In this document: positions 9,401-18,942 of the stretch, piece after piece
Numbering within the stretch: position 1 is the first letter of the stretch
Layout of the letters: every line of letters begins with the position of its first letter
Source of the DNA: an uncultured Gammaproteobacteria bacterium
GTDB lineage: Bacteria > Patescibacteriota > Microgenomatia > UBA10105 > UBA927
Reading direction: 5' to 3'
Assembly (NCBI GenBank): GCA_964573695.1
Contig: CAZNKB010000003.1
Coordinates: 36,815-100,814 of the forward strand
Length of the DNA stretch: 64,000 nucleotides
The notes under the pieces: model-generated
The model's database searches: none
What the model was told of the DNA's origin: nothing
The model's input: only the letters and a program-made list of their open reading frames with translations
Program-made: the position numbers and the translations under genes

Positions 9401-11263
9401 AATCTATTCAATGTCACTGACAATGCGTCAACACTTTTTAGTGTATCCGAAACACAAATCACCTCTGCCCTCCCCCACCAATTCACGGCAGCTGGGGACG
9501 TGGCAGTCGCTTACGACCTGATATTCACCAATCAAACGTCAAGTGGCATCAAATCATATGGCCCACTCACCATAGAATCCGGCGAATCATTTGAATCAAA
9601 TAACCTTATCCTCAAATCCTACAATAGCGGTAATCTGGTATTAGATATTGCCTCAGCGATTATCGATATAAACACCTCAAAATCACTCACGTTTACCAAT
9701 GCAAACAGCCCATTTGGAAGCGCTCTAGTCGCTGGCGCATTCATCGACACCAATTCTCGATTGACAGAAGAATTCAACATGGACACACAAAATTCAGCAA
9801 TCACTGCAGATAGCGCAGCTATTGGAGATGATGCATCCTGGTATTTCGATACTACAGACGTTTCATCAACATACTCAACTCCAACAGATACGGTAAACGG
9901 CATATCAAGACTTACCTTTGGCACCACCACAGGAGTTGGAGGTCTTATCGGTTTTGGCGGAGATACCGCCGCAAATGACTTAAATAGCATATTCCTGAAA
10001 GCAAACTTGCCGATCGTTGAAATGAAACTTCGCACAAATATAAACAACACAACAAACGACATCGTTTGGGGTATTACCGATCAGGCCACTGCACCAACGG
10101 TCAACGATACGCTTCCGGCAAACGGCATATTCTTCTGGCACAACAATACGACGACTTGGACAGGCTATGTTCGAAGCGGATCTGCAAATGTGGGCACGGC
10201 TACATGCACCGGTGGAGCGGTCAGCACGACACAATTTGCGTTGGGCCGTATTGAGGTGCTGAGTGCCACGTCAGTGCGGTTCCTCATGGACTATGATGTG
10301 TCAGATGGTGTTAATTTTATAGACTGCGGAACCGTTTCCGGAGCCAATCCTACCGCTGCTCTTGGTGCGACTGTCTATAACGTGCACACCGAAACGACCG
10401 GCTCACGAACCGTCGATGTCGATTTCTTCCGTGTATGGCAAGACGATGCAGTGGTACTAAGCCAAGATATCCTGCAGCAAGATATCGCCATAGAAGCAGG
10501 CCAAAAAATAGACGTCCGCGGAGAAGTTCACTTCACCGATGACCCCAATAATCCAGGGTTTTACCGCTTGATGGACAAAAACGGACTGCACATCAATGCT
10601 GTCTATATCGAAGATATACAAAGCAAGAGTCTTTCAGAGAAATTCAAAAACATTGATGCCGCCATCGCGTCGCAAAGTGGCAGTCTCGCTGTATCAGGCA
10701 CAGCCACGACATTCATTGATGGTATCCGGGAATTTTTATCAGAAATTCGGTTCAGCAATCTTGTACAATTTGTTGCTGATGTGGTGTTTCACGCAAACGT
10801 CGGCATAGGAGGAAAACTCACAGTAAACAAAGAGGCCACATTCAGTGGCCAACTCACATTCCCGGATAATATGGCCGGAAGCGCGGTAATCTCCAAATAC
10901 ACCCAATCGGTTGACGTGGTTTTTGATCACCCATTTAACACAACGCCAGTGGTCACTATTTCGCAGGTAATCACGAATGCCACGGATAGCGCATTTTTAT
11001 CCGAAGGATTTAATGCAGGAGTATCCAACATTACACCCAACGGATTTACCATATCCTTAGATACACTTGCCATACGGAATTATACATACAACTGGATTGC
11101 CGTATCTGTCAGCAATACACACCAAACAGTGTCGAGTTCCCCGCTTATGGATATTCTCGGTGTTGAGGATCAGCTGAGTGCAACGCCGTCAGGATCAACT
11201 GAATCAACAAGCTCTGGTATTCCAAACGAAAGCACACCCTCCGGGTGGTTAGATGCACAATAA
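6425..11263 (+). CDS. Tandem MerR/BldC-like HTH - transmembrane helix - collagen-like stalk - beta-rich head with C-terminal H-type-lectin-like domain
   Basis: HTH1 [21 protein letters not shown]; HTH2 [33 protein letters not shown]; [23 protein letters not shown]; Gly-X-Y 7154-8965; C-terminal [26 protein letters not shown]. Confidence 0.88.
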   Translation: MTLSPTDKLYTISQASKRLGVSISTLRRWIKLHKIDVITDAQGIHVFNESALQKIQTITPVVSPLLPDVDALSPAQAAKALGISTWTLLRWEKAGLIVSSRTPGGARRFQKDAVASLLSKRTTYQRVPSETPRVNRVNQVADKNVSSNVHPIIATSKYTETYQKIPSYSQPPHRNSLYFILVILIFLLCSGIIGLQIAGMQSSKQTVPTQATSGATTIDQNIIQTIVAQVTKIIESNSSTSISGRDGIDGATGATGPHGTNGANGSNGTNGTNGELGPIGPTGSTGTGGGGGDGPSGATGATGSGGVVGPTGSTGATGGIGASGPTGSTGATGGNGPTGATGGTGISGAGGDGPTGPTGANGPTGSTGATGGVGASGPTGSTGATGNVGTSGPTGSTGATGGIGASGPTGSTGATGGVGASGPTGSTGATGTAGANGPTGSTGSTGLNGSSGPTGSTGATGFQGASGPTGSTGATGAVGSSGPTGSTGATGVDGPTGSTGATGGVGANGPTGSTGATGFQGASGPTGSTGATGSIGSSGPTGVTGATGSIGSSGPTGSTGATGATGIQGSSGPTGSTGATGGIGASGPTGSTGATGSIGASGPTGSTGATGSVGASGPTGSTGATGGIGASGPTGSTGSTGATGSIGASGPTGSTGVTGGVGTSGPTGSTGATGGIGASGPTGSTGSTGATGGIGASGPTGATGATGGIGASGPTGSTGATGGIGISGPTGSTGATGGIGASGPTGSTGTTGAQGPTGATGSTGSIGASGPTGSTGATGSAGVSGPTGSTGATGGIGASGPTGSTGATGGIGASGPTGSTGATGFAGPTGSTGTTGVQGPTGPVGPGGETLLNYTGSGETAFLYNNTTYTYDFATQDLILGYSGVDGADITTQDTNENLTIDPNGTGTIYFHGTAVQFDSDGSITQTATDTTTVAYSLLANSLSSGTGLSLTSTSTSFSTGKLANIDWSPGSATTATGDLVRINIGPNGTVGNLFNVTDNASTLFSVSETQITSALPHQFTAAGDVAVAYDLIFTNQTSSGIKSYGPLTIESGESFESNNLILKSYNSGNLVLDIASAIIDINTSKSLTFTNANSPFGSALVAGAFIDTNSRLTEEFNMDTQNSAITADSAAIGDDASWYFDTTDVSSTYSTPTDTVNGISRLTFGTTTGVGGLIGFGGDTAANDLNSIFLKANLPIVEMKLRTNINNTTNDIVWGITDQATAPTVNDTLPANGIFFWHNNTTTWTGYVRSGSANVGTATCTGGAVSTTQFALGRIEVLSATSVRFLMDYDVSDGVNFIDCGTVSGANPTAALGATVYNVHTETTGSRTVDVDFFRVWQDDAVVLSQDILQQDIAIEAGQKIDVRGEVHFTDDPNNPGFYRLMDKNGLHINAVYIEDIQSKSLSEKFKNIDAAIASQSGSLAVSGTATTFIDGIREFLSEIRFSNLVQFVADVVFHANVGIGGKLTVNKEATFSGQLTFPDNMAGSAVISKYTQSVDVVFDHPFNTTPVVTISQVITNATDSAFLSEGFNAGVSNITPNGFTISLDTLAIRNYTYNWIAVSVSNTHQTVSSSPLMDILGVEDQLSATPSGSTESTSSGIPNESTPSGWLDAQ
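7154..8965 (+). repeat. Collagen-like Gly-X-Y repeat of about 200 triplets, dominant 15-aa unit [15 protein letters not shown]
   Basis: Directly visible in the translation. Exact DNA duplications at 8312-8355/8456-8499 (44 bp) and 8603-8655/8774-8826 (53 bp). Confidence 0.95.
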
Positions 11264-11265
11264 CT

Positions 11266-14200
11266 ATGATAAAACGACGCAGTACAAAGATATGGAAAAA
11301 ATCGCTCGCAATCCTTCTTTGCGCGCTCATACTCGTTGTCGGCATTCGACTCATATGGTTTAGACCGGAACAAATTGAGGCCGCCTGGTACAACGATACC
11401 TGGGGATTTCGGGTAAAACTCACGATCGATCATACGAAAGTTGCTGCAGACCAGACAGATTTTCCTGTCTACGTGGATCTGTCAAAACTACCTGCAATCT
11501 TTCATGCTCATGTCAATCAGACCGATGGACGAGATATTCGCGTTACCACAGCCAATGGATCGACTGAACTACCTCGCGAAGTGGTCTTTTATGATGCAAC
11601 GTCAAACAAAGGCGAATTACATTTTAAATACACAGGAACACTTTCATCATCAACAGACACAAGCGTTTATATCTATTTTGGAAATGCAGGTGCAAGCGAC
11701 TATGCAGCTAGCGACACCTATGGGAAAAATAATGTGTGGGATAGTAGTTTTTCCGGTATACACCATCTCCAAAATAACAGCTTTGCCGATTCTACCTCAG
11801 GGGCACATAACGGCACCAACAATGGCACAACCAACACATCGGGTAAGGCAGGAGATGGACGACTCATTGATGCGAACGGTGAATATTTTTCGGTGCCACT
11901 ATCGGGATATATACATACATCAGTTGGTACGGTAGATTGGTGGTACAAAAATACTGTCTCCTCTGCAAACTTTTTAAGTTTTTGGGGCTCTAATGAGGGA
12001 GACAATCAATTTCAATTTCAACGTAGTACGCTAGACACTAGTCTAGATTTTATTGTCAATTCTAGTGGTGCAAACTGGACCTCTCTAGCAAAAAATGTTT
12101 TTGATGGTTCCTGGCATCATATAGCCGTTGTGTACGATACCACAAATAACACACAGGACTTGTATATTGATAGCGTTGCGCAAACACAAAATATAGAGAA
12201 TCACACAGATATCGATATTTCCACCTACGCCCTCCTTATAGGTGAGAATGGTGCAGGGGGAGGAAACAACGCCAGAGGGGTCATCGATGAATTTAGGGTA
12301 TCAAATAATCTTAAACGGAGCAGCACATGGATCACGACCGAATACAATAATCAAAGTAGTCCCACCACGTTTTTTACCACAGGGGCAACAGAACAGAGAA
12401 AGTCAGCAGTTCTCAATCTGGCCTTTGACGAAGGGTACGGAACAACCGTCAATGATTCTTCATCCAATGGATATACTGGCACCCTCAGTGGCGCTACAAC
12501 GCCTTCCTGGCAATCTGAAAGTCAATGTATTTCCGGCAAATGCCTCTATTATCAAGGCTCCACTGCCTATACAAGCATTGGAACATCGGTGCCAAACGTT
12601 CAGTCTGTTTCGTTTTGGGTAAAGCCGAAGACAAACGCAGAAACACTCGTGGATTTTGACGGTGGCACACATTATATTTCTGCGTCAGCTGGCACCATTA
12701 CCGCCACCGGCTTTTCATCCTCTACTATTTACGTAAATGGAAAATCAGGAAATACATTAACTGCTAACGCATGGCAGCACATAGAAGTCACGACCGCCAC
12801 AGCGTTTACCGCCTCAGCGATAACCATTGGCAAACAATCCACCAATTATCTTAATGGGTTTATTGATGAATTTACGCTGTATGATTATGCCCGATCTTCG
12901 TCTCAAGTAAAACTAGATTTTACATCCAGATCTTCTCGGTCCGGCGTGGGTGCCCGTTTCGGTCCCGATACGGGAAACACGCTTTCCAACGGACTCGTGG
13001 GGTACTGGAAAATGGATGAAGCCGCATGGGGTACGCCAAATTGCTCAACGGACGTTACCATGGATTCATCTGGCAATGGAGCAAACGGCGACGCATGTCC
13101 TACTTCAACTGGACCAGTCGGGGGAAATGTGGGCAAATTCGGAAAAGCAGTAGCCTTTGATGGAAGTGACGACTATATCCCTATCAACGGGTCTACTGTA
13201 TATGCAACAATGAATTCTCCATTTAGTGCAAGCGCATGGGTTAATTTAACTGACTTTAGCACATCAAATTATCCAGTTGTTATCGCTTTGCGAAGCGATG
13301 ATACCGACCCATGGTTTATTATTTTGTCCAATCAAACTAACTTCTTAGGAGTCAGTATTGGAAATGATAACTCATTCGCAGGGATAAAAACTGACACTCC
13401 GACGGCGAGTTTAACCGGCGCGTGGCATCATATAGCTGTTTCATATAATGGTCAAGGCTCGGGAGCCATGACCAACTTCAAAATATATCTTGATGGACAA
13501 CTACAAACAAACATCGCGTCTGGAACCTATGCGAGTCACTCACAAACCACGTCCATTGGGTATAACGGCGGAGGAAATCGTTGGTACGGATCTATCGATG
13601 AGGTACGCGTGTACAACAGAGCCCTCTCCACATCAGACGTGAATCAGTTATACAATTGGGCTCCAGGACCAATCGGATATTGGAAAATGGACGAAAACAC
13701 GGGAACAACGATTTACGACACGAGCGGAAACGGATATAACGGCACATTTCAGGATAGCCTAACAAAAGCAGATTGGAAAAATGGAAAATACGGCTCTGCC
13801 GTCTCATTTGTAGGCGCAAACAAATCTATTTTGGCTCTACATAGTACCGGATTTGATTTTGGAACATCTACAAAGTTTACCGTGGGAACATGGGTTAAAG
13901 TAACGGCCGATACCGGATCTCAACAATCATTAATTAATCCAACTGGCGTTGTATCAGCAGGCTTTGAATTATACACGGGAAGTGACGGTAAACTTCGTGC
14001 AGCTATCGGAAGCGGCACATATTGTTCCATACGGAATACTGGCGTGACCCTTGAAGACAACAATTGGCATTATGTCGAAGCAGTATTTAACAGGGGGTCC
14101 GGTTGCACAACAGCAAGCACACAAATATATATTGACGGCAAGCTAGAACCAACTTCAGTTGCGGACAGTAGCGGCGGTGCCGACGCAAACATAGACATGG

Positions 14201-16464
14201 GTGGAATCAAATTCACGTCATCGTCCACGAACGACTCTGTTGTTTTGGACAATGTTATTATATATAACTACGCCCGTACGCCGGGTCAAATTATAGAAGA
14301 TATGAACGCCGGGCATCCGGCTCCCGGCTCCCCCATTGGCTCCTACGTCGCATATTGGAAGTTTGACGAGGGAGCGCTGAATACCTGCTCTGGAGGAACC
14401 AATGACTTTTGCGATTCGAGCGTAAACGCCAATGATCTGGCTGCTCCACCTACTACGACCATACTAACGAACGCCGGAAAATTTGGCAAAGCGTTTAATG
14501 CAAGTGGAGCAGTTTTGGCAACAAGAGCAGATGACAGTGACTTCGATTTTGCCGCGGCTGACGATCTATCCATGAGCATGTGGCTATACGCCAGTGCCGC
14601 CGATAAACCGACTTCCGGCAATGTCCAATATGTCTATACCAAAGGGGGTATTGTCGCTGCCGGGACAGTTGGCTATATTCTCTATACAAACTCTAGTGGT
14701 AATGTTTCCTTTGCCATACGCTCAACCTCAGGCAACTGGGTGGCAACTCCTCCTGCTGAACCCACATCCGACGATAAAGTTACCTCTACTACTGATTTGT
14801 ACGACAGTACATGGCACCATATCGTCGTGACAAAAACGGGAACCTCGCGAATTGATCTTTTTGTAGACGGAAAACTGAACGCGTCCGATACGAGTCTGAC
14901 CGCAACAGGGACGCTAGAGAACGCTGTCACTAGTAGGTTTGCAGATAGAAACGAGACCAACGACGGAGATGAATTTGTCGGAAAAATAGATGAAATGAAA
15001 ATATACCGCTTGGCACTGAATACCGATCAGGTCAAGGTGGAATACAATCATGGCTTCCAAAACCAATTAGGCGCTCTTTCCACCGACGCTTCAAATAATC
15101 CCTCCAATTCCGCCACCGACGAATATTGTCCTCCGGGCCAAGGATCTGATTGCACTGCGCCAGTCGGGCACTGGAAATTAGATGAAAACACTGGCACATC
15201 AACAGTGTACGATTCAAGTGGAAATGGAAGAGACGGCACAATGACAAACATAAGTGAAGATGATTGGGCTACAGGAAAACTCGGGTCAGGTATTAATTTT
15301 GATAACGCAAATGATTATGTCAATATTGCCGACAATGATGCGTTTTCCGCAAATACGACCAATCAACTTACCGTCGAAGCCTGGGTATATCTTGACGCGC
15401 TCGGTATTACCCAAGAAATCGTCAATAAAGGAGCTGCTTCTAACTACGAATGGGCAATCCGGATAAATACTGACGGCAACACACTTGCATACTTATATCA
15501 ATCGGGTGGAGGTACATACATGGTTACACCATTTGCTTTGGCGGCTGCGACCAATACATGGTATCACCTTGCGTTGGTTGCAGATGTAAGCATCCCCTCT
15601 TTAAAATTATTTATTAACGGAAAATTTGCGGCGGAGGATACGACTGCTTCGGGATCGTATACCAACGGCACTGCCGCGGTACGGATTGGTGATCGGGTAG
15701 ACGGTATTACAGATGTGGATGGTACCGTAGATGATGTGCGAATATACAACTACGCCCGCACCCCTGCTCAAATTGCCTGGGACTACAACCGCGGCGGACC
15801 GGTTGGATGGTGGAAATTGGATGAAAACACGGGAACTGCTGCCAATGATTCCATGGGCAATAGTACAGCTGGAACGCTCACCAACACGCCTACGTGGGCA
15901 ACCGGAAAATTGAATCAGGCGATATCATTTGCAGGTAGCAACCAACATGTGTTGATTGGAGATGATCCTGATTTTGATTTTGCCGATGATGAAAACATGA
16001 CCCTCACGGCTTGGTTTAAACACACAACTGCATCCACGCAGGAGGTTATTTTGTCAAAATACGCCGCAGCCGGATATAAAATTATCATGGAATCCGACGG
16101 GGATATAACATGTGGATTAGACTATGACGCTACGTGGACACCAACAGATTCGGTAACTTCAACACTCGCTACCTACGATGATGATAATTGGCACCATATT
16201 GCCTGTATAAAAACTGGTGCAACCAGTTTAGAACTATATATTGACGGTATATTGATAACAACGGATTCATCAATTACAGCGACGAACACACTAACAAATG
16301 CGGATCCAATATATTTAGGAATTGACGCCGATGGCACATCAAATGATTTTACTGGAACAGTAGATGACGTCAGAATCTACAGATATCCACTCACCCCTCA
16401 ACAAATCAAAACCGTTATGGGAGAAAGTGCGGTTCGATTCGGCCCGTTAACTGGGTCGCCGTAA
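11266..16464 (+). CDS. DUF2341 + seven LamG (concanavalin A-like) domain surface protein
   Basis: ATG 2 nt after the previous stop; N-terminal signal/TM; DGRDIRVT..YIYFGN (DUF2341-like); seven 'D(E/D/N)xx(I/V/L)Y..A' domain ends and repeated GYWKMDE/WHH motifs. Confidence 0.88.
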   Translation: MIKRRSTKIWKKSLAILLCALILVVGIRLIWFRPEQIEAAWYNDTWGFRVKLTIDHTKVAADQTDFPVYVDLSKLPAIFHAHVNQTDGRDIRVTTANGSTELPREVVFYDATSNKGELHFKYTGTLSSSTDTSVYIYFGNAGASDYAASDTYGKNNVWDSSFSGIHHLQNNSFADSTSGAHNGTNNGTTNTSGKAGDGRLIDANGEYFSVPLSGYIHTSVGTVDWWYKNTVSSANFLSFWGSNEGDNQFQFQRSTLDTSLDFIVNSSGANWTSLAKNVFDGSWHHIAVVYDTTNNTQDLYIDSVAQTQNIENHTDIDISTYALLIGENGAGGGNNARGVIDEFRVSNNLKRSSTWITTEYNNQSSPTTFFTTGATEQRKSAVLNLAFDEGYGTTVNDSSSNGYTGTLSGATTPSWQSESQCISGKCLYYQGSTAYTSIGTSVPNVQSVSFWVKPKTNAETLVDFDGGTHYISASAGTITATGFSSSTIYVNGKSGNTLTANAWQHIEVTTATAFTASAITIGKQSTNYLNGFIDEFTLYDYARSSSQVKLDFTSRSSRSGVGARFGPDTGNTLSNGLVGYWKMDEAAWGTPNCSTDVTMDSSGNGANGDACPTSTGPVGGNVGKFGKAVAFDGSDDYIPINGSTVYATMNSPFSASAWVNLTDFSTSNYPVVIALRSDDTDPWFIILSNQTNFLGVSIGNDNSFAGIKTDTPTASLTGAWHHIAVSYNGQGSGAMTNFKIYLDGQLQTNIASGTYASHSQTTSIGYNGGGNRWYGSIDEVRVYNRALSTSDVNQLYNWAPGPIGYWKMDENTGTTIYDTSGNGYNGTFQDSLTKADWKNGKYGSAVSFVGANKSILALHSTGFDFGTSTKFTVGTWVKVTADTGSQQSLINPTGVVSAGFELYTGSDGKLRAAIGSGTYCSIRNTGVTLEDNNWHYVEAVFNRGSGCTTASTQIYIDGKLEPTSVADSSGGADANIDMGGIKFTSSSTNDSVVLDNVIIYNYARTPGQIIEDMNAGHPAPGSPIGSYVAYWKFDEGALNTCSGGTNDFCDSSVNANDLAAPPTTTILTNAGKFGKAFNASGAVLATRADDSDFDFAAADDLSMSMWLYASAADKPTSGNVQYVYTKGGIVAAGTVGYILYTNSSGNVSFAIRSTSGNWVATPPAEPTSDDKVTSTTDLYDSTWHHIVVTKTGTSRIDLFVDGKLNASDTSLTATGTLENAVTSRFADRNETNDGDEFVGKIDEMKIYRLALNTDQVKVEYNHGFQNQLGALSTDASNNPSNSATDEYCPPGQGSDCTAPVGHWKLDENTGTSTVYDSSGNGRDGTMTNISEDDWATGKLGSGINFDNANDYVNIADNDAFSANTTNQLTVEAWVYLDALGITQEIVNKGAASNYEWAIRINTDGNTLAYLYQSGGGTYMVTPFALAAATNTWYHLALVADVSIPSLKLFINGKFAAEDTTASGSYTNGTAAVRIGDRVDGITDVDGTVDDVRIYNYARTPAQIAWDYNRGGPVGWWKLDENTGTAANDSMGNSTAGTLTNTPTWATGKLNQAISFAGSNQHVLIGDDPDFDFADDENMTLTAWFKHTTASTQEVILSKYAAAGYKIIMESDGDITCGLDYDATWTPTDSVTSTLATYDDDNWHHIACIKTGATSLELYIDGILITTDSSITATNTLTNADPIYLGIDADGTSNDFTGTVDDVRIYRYPLTPQQIKTVMGESAVRFGPLTGSP

Positions 16465-16522
16465 CAATATGGCTAGACATCAACCCAAACATTGAGTATA
16501 GTAGTCCGATAGAAACGGGTAT

Positions 16523-17017
16523 ATGAAACACATAATGAAAATCGTCGCGATAATAATACTCCTCCTTATCAGCGTGGCAGGAGCGGGTGCATCATACTAT
16601 TGGTACAACCGATATCAAACCGTGGTGACCAACCCACAGGCAGGATCCACCGAAGAAATACAAACAATCGTCAAAAAACTCTCCGCGTTCATGGACTTAC
16701 CCAATGAAACTCCCTCTATAGTGACTGTTACAGACCGGGAAAAGCTCCAAAACCAGGAATTTTTCAAAAAAGCAGCTAACGGCGACAAAATTATTATCTA
16801 TGAAGCATCCCGACGGGTCATCCTCTACAGACCTTCAACAAACCGAGTGATTGACGTGGCTCCGCTTGTATTTAATGATGCGACACAAAATTCCCAACAG
16901 CTCATGCCGCAAACCAACCCCACTCCCCTCGTTGAGGCGGACTTACCTTCCACAGGTTCGGCTGATGGAATCACAACGCCAACTGGGGAATATAATAAAT
17001 TTATGCCTACACCTTAG
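16523..17017 (+). CDS. Membrane-anchored conserved hypothetical protein
   Basis: N-terminal TM; ETPSIVTVTD..FFKKAANGDKIIIY..ILYRPS motif, which I recall from CPR genes next to giant surface proteins. Confidence 0.7.
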   Translation: MKHIMKIVAIIILLLISVAGAGASYYWYNRYQTVVTNPQAGSTEEIQTIVKKLSAFMDLPNETPSIVTVTDREKLQNQEFFKKAANGDKIIIYEASRRVILYRPSTNRVIDVAPLVFNDATQNSQQLMPQTNPTPLVEADLPSTGSADGITTPTGEYNKFMPTP

Positions 17018-17044
17018 GAAGGTCTTTGGGTTGCGCCAAACTAG

Positions 17045-17566
17045 CTACTCCGAACACACAGCATAATCCGTGCCGGATAATCCGCTGCACTTCGTACCAC
17101 ATCGCGACCAAGACGCACCGATTTCGCTATCAGATGCGTTTTCAAGAGACGCCTTGAGGCAAAAATCATCCCCTGCGTTTACCTGATAATAAAACATACT
17201 ACTCCCTAATTCTCCGGGGAATTTGGTCATGTACACGGTGTCGCAGCCGGTCGCTCCCGCGGCAAATGCCACCGAACACGTAGCGGGGCAAAGCGTCGAC
17301 GCATTGGATCCGCACCCTGCGATGTAATTAAGTTTACCGACGCCCCCGTTTGCGGCGTCAGGATAGACCTTATAATCATTGTAATACAACTGTAAGGCTG
17401 TCTTAAGTTGATTCAATTCTCCCTTTCGTCTCGCATCACGCGCTCTGCTTCTGGCTCCCAAAAAATTTGGTAACGCCAATCCGATGATAGTGGCAATCAC
17501 CGCAATACTCACAAGCAATTCTATTAACGTAAATGCATCAATATGTTTTTTAGTATTATTTTTCAT
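17045..17566 (-). CDS. Type IV pilin / GspG-like pseudopilin
   Basis: MKNNTKKHIDA|FTLIELLVSIAVIA; RDARRKGELNQLKTALQLYYND..YP; Cys-rich C-terminus. Confidence 0.88.
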   Translation of the reverse strand: MKNNTKKHIDAFTLIELLVSIAVIATIIGLALPNFLGARSRARDARRKGELNQLKTALQLYYNDYKVYPDAANGGVGKLNYIAGCGSNASTLCPATCSVAFAAGATGCDTVYMTKFPGELGSSMFYYQVNAGDDFCLKASLENASDSEIGASWSRCGTKCSGLSGTDYAVCSE

Positions 17567-17589
17567 ATATTTATATATATAAGTATATA

Positions 17590-18108
17590 TTAAGGACTCG
17601 CATCTCCGCTTGCTATACCGTAGGTACATTCAATGGTACTATCGGTGCTGCAATTGGTGCCGGTATATCCATTCTGATCCACGCCGTCACCGGCATCGTT
17701 TGTATTTTCTAATTTCGCGTATATTTTAAAATTTGTACCGCTGGTCGATACATAATAATATGTTTGCGTACTTATAGGATCCGAGGGAAGAAGCACCATG
17801 TAGAGTGTACTATACTGATCGCGAAAGGCGCCACCCCAGGAACATGCCTGCGCATCAAGCGCTCCGCATCCCATCATGACACCTGCGGAACCGACCGGGT
17901 ACTGCCCCTTGTCATTATAATAGGCCTCAAGCGCCGTCACCAGACTCCGTAAATCGTTTTTCCGCCGGTTGTCACGGCCTCTTCGCGAACTGGACGCATA
18001 TGAACCAGTCGCGATAGCGACCAAAATACTCATAATCACCATGACGATCAGGAGCTCCATAAGCGTGAAACCTGATTGCTTATTTTTTGACTGCCAAAGA
18101 CGTTTCAT
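17590..18108 (-). CDS. Type IV pilin / GspG-like pseudopilin
   Basis: SG|FTLMELLIVMVI; RDNRRKNDLRSLVTALEAYYNDKGQYP. Confidence 0.9.
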   Translation of the reverse strand: MKRLWQSKNKQSGFTLMELLIVMVIMSILVAIATGSYASSSRRGRDNRRKNDLRSLVTALEAYYNDKGQYPVGSAGVMMGCGALDAQACSWGGAFRDQYSTLYMVLLPSDPISTQTYYYVSTSGTNFKIYAKLENTNDAGDGVDQNGYTGTNCSTDSTIECTYGIASGDASP

Positions 18109-18125
18109 AATACAAAACCAAAAAC

Positions 18126-18851
18126 TCACTGTGTACACCAATTGCTCGCATCGCCGCATAATCCCAGACAATCGTTTTCTGCCCATGATCTGGGACAACC
18201 AAATGCCGCAGGATCACCGACATTATTACACGTTCCGGGGGCGACAACCTGACCGCCTGAAATAGTGCCAGGTCGACATGCATACGGGCCAGAATACGCC
18301 GGAGTCGGTGTGAGTGTCGGCGTTGGAGTAAGATCAGGGTTAAATCCCGGAGCGGTAACCGTCGTACCGGTAGCCAAGCAATAGTTCCAAAATGCACCCC
18401 AGCCGCATCCAACTTGGGCATCACAACCCAACGTCGTGATATCCGGATCCGACCAATCCTGCAACTTGGCGCAAACCCGATTTCCTATACACAAATTGGT
18501 GTCACTGTCCGGCTGGTACTTATAGGCTTCGTTTGTCGTCGGATCACACGGAATCTTATCGATATACGGAGCTAATCCCGGCCCGTTACAGTTATTAAGA
18601 ATATCCATGGCAGGATAACACCCGTTGTCGTTGTAATATTCTTCATATGCGCGGCGAATATTTGCTATGTCAGCCTTCCGCTGGGCGTCCTGCGCCCGGT
18701 AAATATTCCGTTTCCAGCTTATAAGGAGAAAAATGACAGCAAGTATCGCGATGATCACTACGACGATAAGTAATTCGGCAAGCGTCCAACCGGCTTGAGA
18801 AGATCGTTTGTTGAGAAAACCCATGCGGCCTCGGGCAAATAAGCGCTTCAT
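18126..18851 (-). CDS. Minor type IV pilin-like protein with PT linker and extra Cys-rich C-terminal module
   Basis: AG|WTLAELLIVVVII; DAQRKADIANIRRAYEEYYND..YP; TPTPTLTPTP. Alternative start at 18824. Confidence 0.85.
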   Translation of the reverse strand: MKRLFARGRMGFLNKRSSQAGWTLAELLIVVVIIAILAVIFLLISWKRNIYRAQDAQRKADIANIRRAYEEYYNDNGCYPAMDILNNCNGPGLAPYIDKIPCDPTTNEAYKYQPDSDTNLCIGNRVCAKLQDWSDPDITTLGCDAQVGCGWGAFWNYCLATGTTVTAPGFNPDLTPTPTLTPTPAYSGPYACRPGTISGGQVVAPGTCNNVGDPAAFGCPRSWAENDCLGLCGDASNWCTQ

Positions 18852-18942
18852 AAGGACAATGCTTATTATAGTATGGCAAAATATTCCCCACAACACAATG
18901 CGACGAAAACCTTATGCTACACTACAGTCACCTATAGCACCC

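Noticed and set aside
1-16464. Prophage tail module
   Set aside because: No capsid, terminase, portal, tape-measure or integrase genes. Two of the three giant proteins have visible TM/signal anchors typical of cellular surface proteins.
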